64,000 nt of DNA from Candidatus Multivoradales bacterium (GTDB taxonomy: Bacteria; Acidobacteriota; Thermoanaerobaculia; Multivoradales; Multivoraceae): NCBI GenBank assembly GCA_965223325.1, contig CBDCWI010000001.1, forward strand, positions 992,001 to 1,056,000. Direction: 5' to 3'. This document shows, piece by piece, positions 19,801 through 26,553 of the stretch (positions are counted from its first letter, which is position 1; each line of letters begins with the position of its first letter). The position numbers were made by a program, and so were the translations under genes. The notes under the pieces are model-generated. The model was given only the letters and a program-made list of their open reading frames with translations, did no database searches and had not been told where the DNA came from.

Positions 19801-21461
19801 TCGACCTAATAGCCGTCGACGCCTCGGGCCAGGCGACTCTCGAGGTGGAACTGTTCGGTGCCACGACAGCCTCAGACAACCCTGACCACGGCATCATCTT
19901 GCGCATCAACGGTGCGCTGGTGGGTAACGTCGACTGGGACGGCGACGGAACGCGGACTCACACACTGACCTTCGACGGCAGCGTGCTGCAGGCGAACAAC
20001 ACTCTCGAGATTGAAGCGGTCCTACACGACGGTGTCTCCGCGAGTGTCATGTACGTCGACGCCTTCTCGGTGACCTACCGCAGGCAGGCACTGTCGGTCG
20101 GCGACCAGCTGCACGTCGTCTCCGACGCGGCGGCCGACCGCGAGGTCACTGGCTTCTCGACGCCGACGGTGAGGGCAGTCGACGTGACCGATCGCCGCGA
20201 TCCGCTGCGTATCAACGGTGGCACCGTCGACAGCGACGTCGGCGGCTACAGCTTCCGCTGGCATGCCGACGCGGCTTCGGAGTACTTCGTTTACAGCACC
20301 GAAGCGATCAGCACCCTCGTGCCGGTCGCCGCCTATCGACCGAAGGCAGTCGAGGCCGAATACCTGGTCTTCGCACCACCCGAGCTGCTCGACAGTGCAT
20401 TCGATCTGGCCAGCTACCGCGCCGCAGACGGCTACGCCACCAGCGTCGTCGAACTGCTCGATGTCTGGGACGAGTACAGCGACGGGCTCGAGAAGGGCGC
20501 AGCGATTCGCGAATACCTCACCGAAGCCTGGAACGACTGGGCGACGAAACCACAGTTCGCCGTCATCCTCGGCAAGGGCACGCTCGACTTCCGCAACGTG
20601 CTCGGTGGCGACACCAACCTGGCCCCGCCAGAGATGGTGGCCACACCGCAGGGTCTGTTCGCTTCGGACGCCGGCCTCGGTGATGTAGAAGGCGACGACG
20701 GAGTCCCGGAGATCATTGTCGGCCGCATTCCGGCGGTGAGCGAGGCCGAGGTCCTGAACTACCTCGACAAGATGGCTGCCTACGAAGCGAACGCCGGCTC
20801 CGGCCGCGTCCTGCTCGCGGCGGACAACGCCGACGAGGGCGGCGCATTCGAGCGTGAGGCCGAGGAAGTGGCCGGGCTGCTTGACGGTTACGAAATCGAA
20901 AGGGTGTACCTGGAACCAGGTGGTACAACCGAAGCGCGCGCCGCGGTTCGTGCTTCGATCGAAGAAGGCGTCTGGCTGGTGAACTACGTCGGTCATGGTG
21001 GCCTTGACCGCTTCGCGGCCGAGGGCCTGTTGACTACTGCCGACGTCGGCTCCCTCGGCCCGCAGGGGCATCTACCGATCGTCGCCAGCATGACCTGCAG
21101 CGTCGGACGCTTCGAGTTGCCGAACTACTCATCGCTGAGTGAGGCTCTGGTGACGAGTGTCGATCGCGGCGCGATCGCCGTCTGGGCACCGTCGGGTCTG
21201 TCGATCAGTGCGGATGCGAACCAGCTGAACAGGGCCTTCGTCGAGGCGCTGCGCACGCACTCCACCCTGGGTGAAGCGATGCGCGAAGCGATGCAGACCT
21301 ACGAAGGTGGCGATGTGGCCTTCCCCCACATGCTGAAGATCTACAACCTGCTCGGCGATCCCGCCCTCAAGGTCGAGGCCCTGCCTCTCCAGGAAGGCGG
21401 TCTCTTCAGCGACAGCTTCGAGTCCGGCAACACGACCGCCTGGTCGAGAGTCGCCAACTAA
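7806..21461 (+). CDS. Giant secreted adhesin/peptidase (~4551 aa): three beta-sandwich domains, ~22 SdrD B-like repeats, proprotein-convertase P domain, propeller-like region, C-terminal C25 (gingipain-family) peptidase
   Basis: Signal peptide after ATG 7806 (GAGG RBS); repeats SIGDRV(W/F)xDxNGNGxxD...DFGY; P-domain VNVALNISH...LDDFNGTDSQGTWEL; C25 motifs VGRIP, VNYVGHGG, MTCSVGRF, YNLLGDP. Confidence 0.85.
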   Translation: MSTHRPAVVPLLATLFLFALSAPTAAQVTLPWSENFDSTTNATYTTASTIVGATNFAYDPGAADNGRVRTRAITGNGGSIGSLAFDTSSGSADNFVNLTLDLSSYNTSQTILLNYYNNDIGDETHSQDQVWVRGSSVDSWLLVESWQNRTTHVWIPHKDINLTSILVAGGQSFSATTAIRFGQYDTVGISGDGLGIDDVCVRVQGQSCPGTTSGTASIGDRIFIDANGNGIDDGESGYPNAEVLLRASTCTGVVLDVATTNSTGAYDFTGLAAGTYCVDVSASTISYVYTLTTSNEPLTKTLTAGEDYNGADFGYQNQTGSIGDRIFNDANGNGTDDSEAGISGVQLYLRQNSCSNGPSYLRTTSATGAYDFTGIAPGTWCVDVLENTLPAGYTLTTANEPKLVTLPALGDINNVDFGYQAPAPVLPFYEDFEATSSATYTTAATIVGATDFSYDPATVDTGRLRTRAIAGHGSSTGVLSMDATGGNSDNYVILELDLSAYAVASDTVVLDYWFIDHQDETHATYDTVWVRGSNTDTWIELNSWQGGSVNVWVQKTSLDITDALCKGPAPLPSCTPSSPVQDFSSTFQIRWGQYDNTTIAGTDGMSFDDVCVRKSTQTCSPPPTGTASIGDRVYNDVNGNGADDSEAGLSGVQVHLRSGSCGGAILSSKTTTSTGAYDFTSLAAGTYCVDVNAATLPSGYVLTTSNEPYLKTLTAAEDHNGADFGYQQQNASIGDRVFHDVNKNGTDDSEAGLSGVTVQLRSGSCSGSVVSTKVTTSTGAYDFTGLAAGTYCVDVTAGVPAGYSLTTSNEPLTTTIAAGQDYNSGDFGYALSTGVTLPYIEDFESTTSATYTTASTIAGATKWSYDPGAADNGRLRTQALAGNGGSTGALILDTSSGYADGFAVLTLDLSSYTTAQTILIDYYINDIGDETHTQDKVHVRGSSSDPWVVVENAWANNSNHYTWMPHKNLDLSAILLANSQNFSSTTAVRWGQYDNASTNADGLGIDDVCVRVAGQSCGGSTGTGSIGDRVWNDINGNGTDDSEAGLAGVQVMLKSGTCGGVVLDYQVVPASGAFDFTNLAAGTYCVDVNASTVPSGYYLTTSNEPLTYTLAAAQDYNGADFGYQYQAGSIGDRVWNDANGNGIDDSEAGISGVQIYLRANSCSNGPSYGRTTLADGSYDFTNIPPGTWCVDIIEASLPAGYTPTTTEPVLVTLPVLGDINTADFGYCSGCGSSVPSIGDRIWNDANGNGTDDSEAGISGVTVNLRSGTCSGSVTATKVTTSTGAYDFTGLTAGTYCVDVDASTLPAGFVLTTGNEPLTYTVGAAEDFNGADFGYQQQNASIGDRVFDDANGNGTDDSESGIQSVTVWLKSGSCSGSTVSTKVTTATGAYDFTGLAAGTYCVDISEATLPAGYSLTTSNEPKLVTLTAGQDDNTADFGYSNSPPTVGTIGDRVWDDLNNNGVDDGEPGLNGIEFFLRSGSCTGSVVDLVTSNASGAYDFTNVSAGTYCVDVRGSSIPSGYSLTTGNEPLLVTLAAGQDYNSADFGYHRAASIGDRVYDDTNGNGFDDGEPGLSGVNVRLRSGSCAGSIISSQATSGGAYDFTGLSAGTYCVDVQESTLPPGGYALTSANNPMLVTVTNGQDWNGSDFGYRIGGPVLAPITATYENTTASAVDEISKTLTPCSTPLKRTFVVADSITLSDVNVALNISHPRPYQMSIDIKGPTGLTRTIVSGNASTSDPNIDAIIDKASSLPLDDGDRLDNVGVPYYDRVATPYVMGGGLSLDDFNGTDSQGTWELLICDWLPGYHGTFHRAQLQLSGTGVGGSSVGNRVWLDANANGIDDGEAGISGVRVDLRHGSCAGAIVDSKLTSATGAYNFTAIRRGQYCVDVDESTLPVGAVLSGGLEPHLTSVLTAGQAYNQADFGYRIDNASVGDRVWNDVNSNGSDDSEPGLAGVRLVLRQDDCSGPVLAMQITDTSGAYDFTQLGPGDYCVDVDEASLPAGSTHTGGTEPRLLTLNPGQDLNTVDVGYNAPGTGTGSIGDLIYEDVNTSGTYDAGDLPLPGIVVELQSAGCTAGVNCPRTTTDSSGQYLFGNLPATTFNVKLVNSLLPTGTIKTTIDPINVALGAGQNYTTADFGLDTPVMIRGCFWEDKNYDGIRGPGEDYGISDGVSLRAQRTVSPLTTYSASVNYATGCYEITGFSAAEHTLSANLKTAYSFSDISPLNSAGKNGMRWHTLVDIGGDEQFDNDFGPGDGYYIHGGVHGPVFTHNGIGTVSNIDVGYVWNPVLGDKVWHDVDQDGTQDASEPGVPGVTVEVWRPDGTVPYYTTVTDHDGTWEAGNFFSRRAIGKASELTPEDDHREGDMLPGEWYVKYILPNGTAYQFSPQDAAGDDALDSDANASGQTDVFTLLSNSTKDEASDPDYDAGVYTSCSSTSGKIKGIVFQDYNGNGFMDPLEGFFAGTVVKAYDKTNSVIASTTTASDGTYALSVPNGKAVRIEFSSLANNSNPGPVGNGAGATVQFATSPACGVNLAITRFEDYCQPNPRVASACYVESGGDQSLAAILDVPWDISEADPPWFQSGLHNYPADASEIGSVYGLAYHRSSQQLLAGAMASAGTNLPPDGLGAIYSIDYKTTPETITLFIDVAAAMQSRFGISNYSGTIADPPPADDPKIAKVGLGDIELSDDQQTLWVMSIADSYRELLELPLGAGGTAPAPADIERHPLPLNQLDCTNDNDIRPWGLGMNHSDSNDDLVYVGVVCSAESTGDVENLRAYVYTFNPTGNTWAQIINMPIAWKHYDYNSSYWQEWEDSQDDAEPVIADIEFDRGDMVLGIRARGGDSAHNASSPTGDMIRVCKSGAVWEVESNGTCGGRTTLGANSAQGIGGGEYYWADDSANGWGEIFTGGMATRPGFSELVAANKDGHYRWHNGFSWVTSMGNRTRMYDIFEGHGNQYGKTNGLGDVEVLCDAPPIEIGNRVWADIDENGIQDPGESPLAGVALELVDASCSTVASAVTNSEGEFYFIGSNDPRAAAAMGDTSVGQVPGSIAFNATYYVKVLDSNFQAGNALDGYEATAANQSSDLHDSDASTVSCGTRSTGLAQRAALSFVGAVVVTGGAGANNHALDLGFGDNPVVGRIGDRVWFDVNRDGEQQGGEEGIAGVDVRLYVDDGDGVFEPGGDDTLSGTRTTNAEGGYGFFGLLAGDYWVDPVESTLPTGFAATAGTPAQLFVPLASGQDIDTADFGYAPVTGVALGDFIWHDTDGDGLQDPGEAGIGGVTVTVTGPGSYSQATTTAANGSYLVSGITTAGDYTATVSTGTLPAGLTTTPTNFPTAAHVFTVDLAADVLIADYGFTGGTTGTIGDFVWHDVDGDGVQDAGEPGIQGVTVDLTDNSGEVLATMTTDASGAYDFTGLFAGNFRVEVTDLGGITTGLTLTTPPNPTNTIALAAGQDYNNADFGYASASLGTIGNFVWHDTDGDGVFDDGEHGLERVVLGLWKDEDSNGVFNAALDSLQQSQLTDRFGGYLFKNVNWGSYFVIVHDDEQVTDALSMTSGTAGQDNNSQSSPYPVTITASRAPAVLTADFGFTAPGAAFQLSGTVWFDNDGDGTREPPDESGVGGATVELYRDMNGDGVLDETDPLFGVVTSQTTSPGLGYYEFTDLPNGTDWIVVVDTSGSYLDGAIQTTQTATGGLEPVAIAGANSPNHDFGFTRPSTDALVSDFDVTLGPAGVQVEFATASEVGTVGFWVFREYGSEWTRVNDDLVLAVPGAGQGANYLLPDTTAEPGVAYDYWLLEVELSGAEQWHGPFTVAAVDATAHPVSALEFAPRGNEYHQRRMEDAGLVHLRSADFSRERDRTVRAGEPGYRARLEVDREGVYRVTAADIALVTATTRPTKDLVGSGALRVVSNGEEVSWWAEGANAIRFYAPEPERQFAEFDVYFIEMVEGTEAGAISSPTSGPTVATSHFDRQRFEEDIFYATAALRDETVDLWYWKVLAAGNPDVGTQTFDFDLIAVDASGQATLEVELFGATTASDNPDHGIILRINGALVGNVDWDGDGTRTHTLTFDGSVLQANNTLEIEAVLHDGVSASVMYVDAFSVTYRRQALSVGDQLHVVSDAAADREVTGFSTPTVRAVDVTDRRDPLRINGGTVDSDVGGYSFRWHADAASEYFVYSTEAISTLVPVAAYRPKAVEAEYLVFAPPELLDSAFDLASYRAADGYATSVVELLDVWDEYSDGLEKGAAIREYLTEAWNDWATKPQFAVILGKGTLDFRNVLGGDTNLAPPEMVATPQGLFASDAGLGDVEGDDGVPEIIVGRIPAVSEAEVLNYLDKMAAYEANAGSGRVLLAADNADEGGAFEREAEEVAGLLDGYEIERVYLEPGGTTEARAAVRASIEEGVWLVNYVGHGGLDRFAAEGLLTTADVGSLGPQGHLPIVASMTCSVGRFELPNYSSLSEALVTSVDRGAIAVWAPSGLSISADANQLNRAFVEALRTHSTLGEAMREAMQTYEGGDVAFPHMLKIYNLLGDPALKVEALPLQEGGLFSDSFESGNTTAWSRVAN

Positions 21462-21482
21462 ACGGCCCGTCGCCCCAAGCTT

Positions 21483-21557
21483 TCCCAGAATCACCCCAGT
21501 CATTCGACCGGGAAACGCCCGGGAAACGCCCGGGAATTGCCCGGGAGATGCCCGGGC
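21483..21557. repeat. Dispersed intergenic element, copy 1: leader TCCCAGAATCACCCCAGTC plus five 11-bp GCCCGGGAAAC-like units
   Basis: Units start at 21506, 21517, 21528, 21539, 21550; near-identical element at 62739-62812. Confidence 0.85.
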
Positions 21558-21568
21558 GGGTCTCTTGA

Positions 21569-21598
21569 TTGACAAATGACTGACTGGTCAGTTAGTTT
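21569..21598 (+). promoter_or_regulatory. tetR promoter with overlapping palindromic operator (probable autoregulation, probably leaderless mRNA)
   Basis: TTGACA at 21569, TAGTTT at 21593; imperfect inverted repeat AATGACTGAC-TG-GTCAGTTAGT at 21575-21596; ATG at 21605 has no SD. Confidence 0.7.
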
Positions 21599-21604
21599 TT
21601 TGAG

Positions 21605-22237
21605 ATGCTTCTCCGCGCACGGACTGATGCCGCCAAGGACGTCCGCCGGCAGGCGTTTCTCGATGCGGCCCTCGTCGAGTTCTTCGAGCATGGCTTCGCC
21701 GCCTCGCGCATGGACGACATCGCACGGCGAGCTCGGCTTTCCAAGGGCACGCTCTACCTCTACTTCGATTCCAAGCACGATCTCTTCACCGGCCTGGTCG
21801 ACGCGCTCGCGATACCCAACGTCGAGCACTTCGAAAGGATCGCAGAGGATGTAGACGATGCACCCACCGCGATCCGTGTGCTGCTTCAGGCTGCAGCCCA
21901 CATGGTTCGTGAGTCACCCCTTCCGCGGGTGGTCAAGGTGTTGATCGCTGAGGCCGGCGTCTTCCCCGAGCTCGTGCAAAGCTACCGGCATCAGGTCGTC
22001 GAACGGGTTCTCCGAGCGATCACGAAGATTCTCGAGGGAGGGCATGAGCGCGGCGAGCTGACGGTGCCCGACCCAGCGCTCACTGCGCGCATCGTTGTGG
22101 CCCCTGTCATCTTTTCGGCACTGTGGAAAGTCATCTTCGAAACCGACGGCGACGAGCCGGTCGACCTCGATGCGCTCTTCGCGCTGCACGCCGACACCCT
22201 GCTCGAAGGCCTCTCTGCTGGCGAGACAACACAATGA
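21605..22237 (+). CDS. TetR/AcrR family transcriptional regulator
   Basis: HTH MDDIARRARLSKGTLYLYFDSKHDLF. Confidence 0.95.
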   Translation: MLLRARTDAAKDVRRQAFLDAALVEFFEHGFAASRMDDIARRARLSKGTLYLYFDSKHDLFTGLVDALAIPNVEHFERIAEDVDDAPTAIRVLLQAAAHMVRESPLPRVVKVLIAEAGVFPELVQSYRHQVVERVLRAITKILEGGHERGELTVPDPALTARIVVAPVIFSALWKVIFETDGDEPVDLDALFALHADTLLEGLSAGETTQ

Positions 22238-23214
22238 ACCATCACACCCTTTATCCGGGCACCCTTTCTCCGGTCCTCTTCCTCGCCGCACTTTGGATCG
22301 CAGCCTGCCATCCGATGAGAGCGACCGACACCCTGCCCGGCTGGGTGGAAGCCGAGCTGGTATACGTCGCCGCGCCGGCCTCCGGCTGGCTGCTCGGCTC
22401 GGCGGTGGCCGAAGGCGATGAGGTGGTTCCAGGCGATCTCCTCTTCGAGCTCGAGAGTGAACTCGAAAGGGCGCAGCTCGACGAAGCCGAAGGCGGCCTT
22501 CGCCAGAGCGACGCCCAGGCTCGAGACATCGCAACGGGTGCGCGAGAAGAAGAGATCGCCGCCCTCGAGGGTCAGCTCGCCGAGGCCCAGGCGGCGCTCG
22601 CCCTCGCCACCTCGGAACGAGGTCGATGGGAAGCCCTGGCTGACGACGGCATCGCCTCTCGAAAACGCGCCGACCAGGCGGTGGCGGAGCACGAGGCAGC
22701 CACCGCGCGCGTTGAGACTCTCGAAGCCAACATCGAAGTGGCGCGGCTCGGTGGCCGCCAGGGTGCCCGGGCGGCAGCAAGAGCGACGGTCGAAGCGGCC
22801 GAGTCGGCAGTGCGGCAGGCACGCTGGCGACTCGAAGAACGGCGCGTCGAGTCACGCGTCGCGGGGCGTGTCGAAGAGGTGTTCCACCATCCGGGCGAGT
22901 TCGTCACCGCCGGGTCGCCGGTGCTCGCGCTGCTTCCCCCGAGCGGGCTCGAAGTGCGCTTCTTCGTCTCCGCGCCGCAGCTCTCGAGCATTGCGCTCGG
23001 CGACCCGGTCGACGTTCTGGTTTTCTCTTCCGACGGCGAGGCGCAGGTGGTCGCTCGAGCAAGCCTCTCCTACATCGCTCGCGAGGCCGAGTTCACGCCA
23101 CCCGTGAACTACAGCAAGGACACGCGCGACAAGCTGGTCTTCCTGGTCAAGGCTCGCCCTGACGATGCCGCTCTCTTGCGACCGGGCCTTCCGGTCGACG
23201 TCCTTCTGCGATGA
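22234..23214 (+). CDS. HlyD-family membrane-fusion/periplasmic adaptor protein (YbhG-like)
   Basis: VAEGDEVVPGDLLFEL lipoyl half, coiled coil, IAREAEFTPP; ATG 22234 overlaps the tetR stop. Confidence 0.9.
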   Translation: MNHHTLYPGTLSPVLFLAALWIAACHPMRATDTLPGWVEAELVYVAAPASGWLLGSAVAEGDEVVPGDLLFELESELERAQLDEAEGGLRQSDAQARDIATGAREEEIAALEGQLAEAQAALALATSERGRWEALADDGIASRKRADQAVAEHEAATARVETLEANIEVARLGGRQGARAAARATVEAAESAVRQARWRLEERRVESRVAGRVEEVFHHPGEFVTAGSPVLALLPPSGLEVRFFVSAPQLSSIALGDPVDVLVFSSDGEAQVVARASLSYIAREAEFTPPVNYSKDTRDKLVFLVKARPDDAALLRPGLPVDVLLR

Positions 23215-24140
23215 ACCGCGACCTCGCCATCGACGTCCGCGGCCTGGTCAAACGCTTCGGCGACGTGACCGCGGTCGACGGAGTCGACGTGCAGATGCCG
23301 CGCGGCCAGGTCTGGGGCTTCCTTGGGCCAAACGGATCCGGCAAGACCACGACGATCCGCATGATCTGTGGACTCCTACGGCCAACCGCCGGCGAGGGGA
23401 CCTGCCTGGGCTTCGACATCCGCCGCCAGGCCGCCGAGATCAAGCGCCGCACCGGCTACATGACCCAGAAGTTCTCGTTCTGGACCGACCTGACGATTCG
23501 CGAGAACCTCGAGTTCGTTGGCCGCCTCTATGGCATGGAGGACCTCGATGTCGCGGTGGGCAGCACGCTTCGAACCCTCGGATTGCTCGACCGCCACGAC
23601 CAACTCGCCGGTGCGCTGTCGGGCGGCTGGAAGCAGCGCCTGGCGTTGGCCGCGGTGACCATGCATCGCCCGCAGCTGCTTCTCCTCGACGAACCGACCG
23701 CGGGCGTCGACCCGCAGGCTCGGCGCGACTTCTGGGACGAGATCCATCGGTTGTCGTCGGCCGGGCTGACCGTTCTGGTCTCGACCCACTACATGGACGA
23801 AGCCGAGCGCTGCGACCGAATCGTCTACCTGACACACGGACGCGTGGTGGCAATGGGCAGTGTCGCCGAGATCATCGACGCCTCGCATCTGGTCACCTTC
23901 GTCGCCCGTGGCGACGGGGTTCGCCAAGCAGCCGAAGCGCTACGCCAACAAACATCGGTCCAGTACGCGTCGTACTTTGGCGCCGCCTTGCATGCCAGCG
24001 GGACCGATCGAGCAGCGCTCGAAGCGGCCATCGATCAGGCCGGCCGCGGCCTTGACTGGCAAGAGGTCGAACCGAGTCTCGAAGACGCCTTTATCGCCAT
24101 GATGGAGCGCGCCGGCAACGACCCGAGGCAACACGCATGA
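23211..24140 (+). CDS. ABC transporter ATP-binding protein (YbhF/DrrA-like)
   Basis: Walker A GPNGSGKT, signature LSGGWKQR, Walker B LLLLDEPT, H-loop STHY. Confidence 0.95.
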   Translation: MNRDLAIDVRGLVKRFGDVTAVDGVDVQMPRGQVWGFLGPNGSGKTTTIRMICGLLRPTAGEGTCLGFDIRRQAAEIKRRTGYMTQKFSFWTDLTIRENLEFVGRLYGMEDLDVAVGSTLRTLGLLDRHDQLAGALSGGWKQRLALAAVTMHRPQLLLLDEPTAGVDPQARRDFWDEIHRLSSAGLTVLVSTHYMDEAERCDRIVYLTHGRVVAMGSVAEIIDASHLVTFVARGDGVRQAAEALRQQTSVQYASYFGAALHASGTDRAALEAAIDQAGRGLDWQEVEPSLEDAFIAMMERAGNDPRQHA

Positions 24141-25276
24141 GCAGGCTCCGGAGCTCTCTGACACGCATGTACGCGGTGTTCGCCAAAGAGCTGGTTCAGA
24201 TGCGACGCGATCGACTGACCTTTGCCATGATGCTGGGCATTCCAGTGCTGCAGTTGGTGCTCTTCGGCTTTGCCATCAACACCGACCCCAAGCACCTACC
24301 GACGGCTGTTCATGTCGAGGAGCGAACTCCCATCGTGCGCACGATCCTCAACGCACTCGAAGTCTCGCGGTACTACGACCTCGTCCTCGCCACCAGCGAT
24401 CCACGAGAGAGTCAGGACCTCTTGGCGCGCGGCGAGGTCGCCTTTGTCGTCTCCATTCCCGCCGGCTTCACCTCTCGTCTGCTCGCCGGCAAACGACCAC
24501 GCATGCTCATTGAGGCCGACGCTTCCGATCCGGCGGCCGCCTCCAACGCCATTGCCCACGCCCAGACGATCGTCGACCGTGCTCTGCGCCACGAGCTCAA
24601 AGGCCCCCTGGCGCACCTTCGCCCGGCACCGCCACCGGTCGAAGTCGTCGTGCACGCGCGCTACAACCCAGAGGGGATCACCCAGTACAACATCGTGCCC
24701 GGCCTACTCGGCGTGATCTTGACGATGACCTGCGTCATGATCACCGCGATCGCCATGACCCGCGAGGTCGAACGCGGCACGATGGAGAACCTCCTCGCGA
24801 TGCCAGTCAACCCCGCTGAAGTGATGGTCGGCAAGATCGCCCCCTACCTCGGCGTGGGCGCCGTCCAAACGGTCATCATCCTGGCCGCAGCACACTTTCT
24901 CTTCTCGGTTCCGTTCGTGGGTTCAGTCGGCTTGCTGGTCCTCGGCGTGACCGTCTTTCTGGTCGCCAACCTGGCGTTGGGGTTTACCTTCTCAACCATT
25001 GCCCGATCGCAGATGCAGGCGATGCAGCTCACCTTCTTCTTCTTCCTGCCGTCGATCCTGCTTTCGGGGTTCATGTTTCCGTTTCGAGGCATGCCCCTCT
25101 GGGCCCAGACCCTTGGAGAAGTGCTCCCCCTCACCCACTTTCTGCGGGTGGTGCGTGGCGTCATGTTGAAAGGAGCGAGCCTTGTCCATGTCGGCAACGA
25201 ACTCCTGGCCATCGCAGCTTTTACGACCGTCGCAGGTACAGTGGCGATGCTGCGTTACCAACGCACTCTCGACTGA
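24137..25276 (+). CDS. ABC-2 type transporter permease (YbhS/YbhR-like)
   Basis: KELVQMRRD, REVERGTMENLL, LSGFMFP, LPLTHFL; multiple TM helices. Confidence 0.95.
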   Translation: MSRLRSSLTRMYAVFAKELVQMRRDRLTFAMMLGIPVLQLVLFGFAINTDPKHLPTAVHVEERTPIVRTILNALEVSRYYDLVLATSDPRESQDLLARGEVAFVVSIPAGFTSRLLAGKRPRMLIEADASDPAAASNAIAHAQTIVDRALRHELKGPLAHLRPAPPPVEVVVHARYNPEGITQYNIVPGLLGVILTMTCVMITAIAMTREVERGTMENLLAMPVNPAEVMVGKIAPYLGVGAVQTVIILAAAHFLFSVPFVGSVGLLVLGVTVFLVANLALGFTFSTIARSQMQAMQLTFFFFLPSILLSGFMFPFRGMPLWAQTLGEVLPLTHFLRVVRGVMLKGASLVHVGNELLAIAAFTTVAGTVAMLRYQRTLD

Positions 25277-25659
25277 AAGGCGTCTGAACGTTGTGACCAA
25301 TCGACGGATGCAGGTTCGGAGGAACGATCGGGCCGGCCACCAACCGGGGGCCGCGATCCCGGAAGCAGTCACGTCAGGCGACTCATCCTGGGCAACGCCC
25401 TGGCCGTGACCAGGCGGAACGGCCAGCGCGAGAACGTCAGCGAAAAGCCGGCAAGCAAGGTCACTGCGGCGAGTGCGCAGGTGTGCCCTTTCAAGCCGAC
25501 ACCCTCCATTCTTGTGAGTCAACGGCAACCGCTCTGCAAGGTAGCGCTCTCTCCCCGGGGTTCGACGGAGCAGTCAGGCCCGCAACAGACCGCTAGGCGC
25601 ATGGCCTAAGATCTTCGCTGGAACCCCCGACTGAGATTTCAAGACAACGGAGAGCCGCA

Positions 25660-26547
25660 GTGATTCTTCAGAACGACGAGGGTGCGGGCACGCTCGCGCC
25701 CGAAGTGAACGAGGCCCTTTCGATCGACATGAACGCCTGGATCGATCGCGGGCTCGAGAGTGCGACCGGCTTCGGCCTCAATCTGATCGCTGCCCTGGCC
25801 ATCCTGGTCGTTGGCCTCTACATCTCAAAGCTCATCGGACGCATCGCCCGGCGCGCCCTCGAGCGCAGCAAGCTCGACGACACGGTCACCCACTTTCTCT
25901 CCAACCTGGTTTCGTATGCGCTGATCGTCTTCGTCGTCATCGCAGCGCTGTCGCGCCTGGGCGTGCAAACGAGTCAGTTCGTCGCCGTCCTCGGCGCCGC
26001 CGGCCTGGCGATCGGCCTCGCCATGGAAGGCTCGCTGTCGAACTTCGCCGCTGGCGTCCTGATCGCGGTCTTTCGACCGTTCGGCATTGGCGATTGGGTC
26101 GAAGCGGCCGACGCCGAAGGTCAGGTCACGAACATCTCGATCTTCTACACCACCCTCCTCACCCTCGACAACGAGACCATCGTGATCCCGAACTCCGAGG
26201 TCACCGCAGGAAAGGTCACCAATTTCTCAGCCGGCAACTTCGTGAGGGTCGAGATTCCGTTCGTCGTTGGTCACGAGGCCGAATGGTCAGCGGTTCGTGA
26301 GATCGCCATGAGCGTCCCGAGACACTGTCCACGGGTGATCGCCGAGCCACCGCCCGAGGTCCAGATCATCGAACTGGCAGAGGCCGGGGTCCGCGCCCAG
26401 GTCGAGGTCACGACCGAAGCCAAGGACCGCGAGGACGTCATGTTCGAGGTCTCAGAAGTGCTCAAGGCGGGCTTCGATGCACGCGCTGTCCGCATGCCTC
26501 ATCGGCAGCTGGATGTGCGTGTGCAAGAAGGCCGCCTCCCGGGCTGA
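25660..26547 (+). CDS. mscS: Small-conductance mechanosensitive channel (MscS family)
   Basis: GAAGLAIGLAMEGSLSNFAAG, RPFGIGDWV, IVIPNS; GTG start with GGAG RBS. Confidence 0.9.
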   Translation: MILQNDEGAGTLAPEVNEALSIDMNAWIDRGLESATGFGLNLIAALAILVVGLYISKLIGRIARRALERSKLDDTVTHFLSNLVSYALIVFVVIAALSRLGVQTSQFVAVLGAAGLAIGLAMEGSLSNFAAGVLIAVFRPFGIGDWVEAADAEGQVTNISIFYTTLLTLDNETIVIPNSEVTAGKVTNFSAGNFVRVEIPFVVGHEAEWSAVREIAMSVPRHCPRVIAEPPPEVQIIELAEAGVRAQVEVTTEAKDREDVMFEVSEVLKAGFDARAVRMPHRQLDVRVQEGRLPG

Positions 26548-26553
26548 GACCCG

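Noticed and set aside
21506-21560. GCCCGGGAAAC arrays (also 62762-62812) and the TGTCGACA array as CRISPR
   Set aside because: Units are 11-14 bp with no unique spacers, and there are no cas genes in the window.
25523-25538. Possible sigma-54 promoter CGGCAACCGCTCTGCA upstream of mscS
   Set aside because: GG-N10-GC spacing fits but there are three mismatches to consensus in GC-rich DNA; too weak to call.
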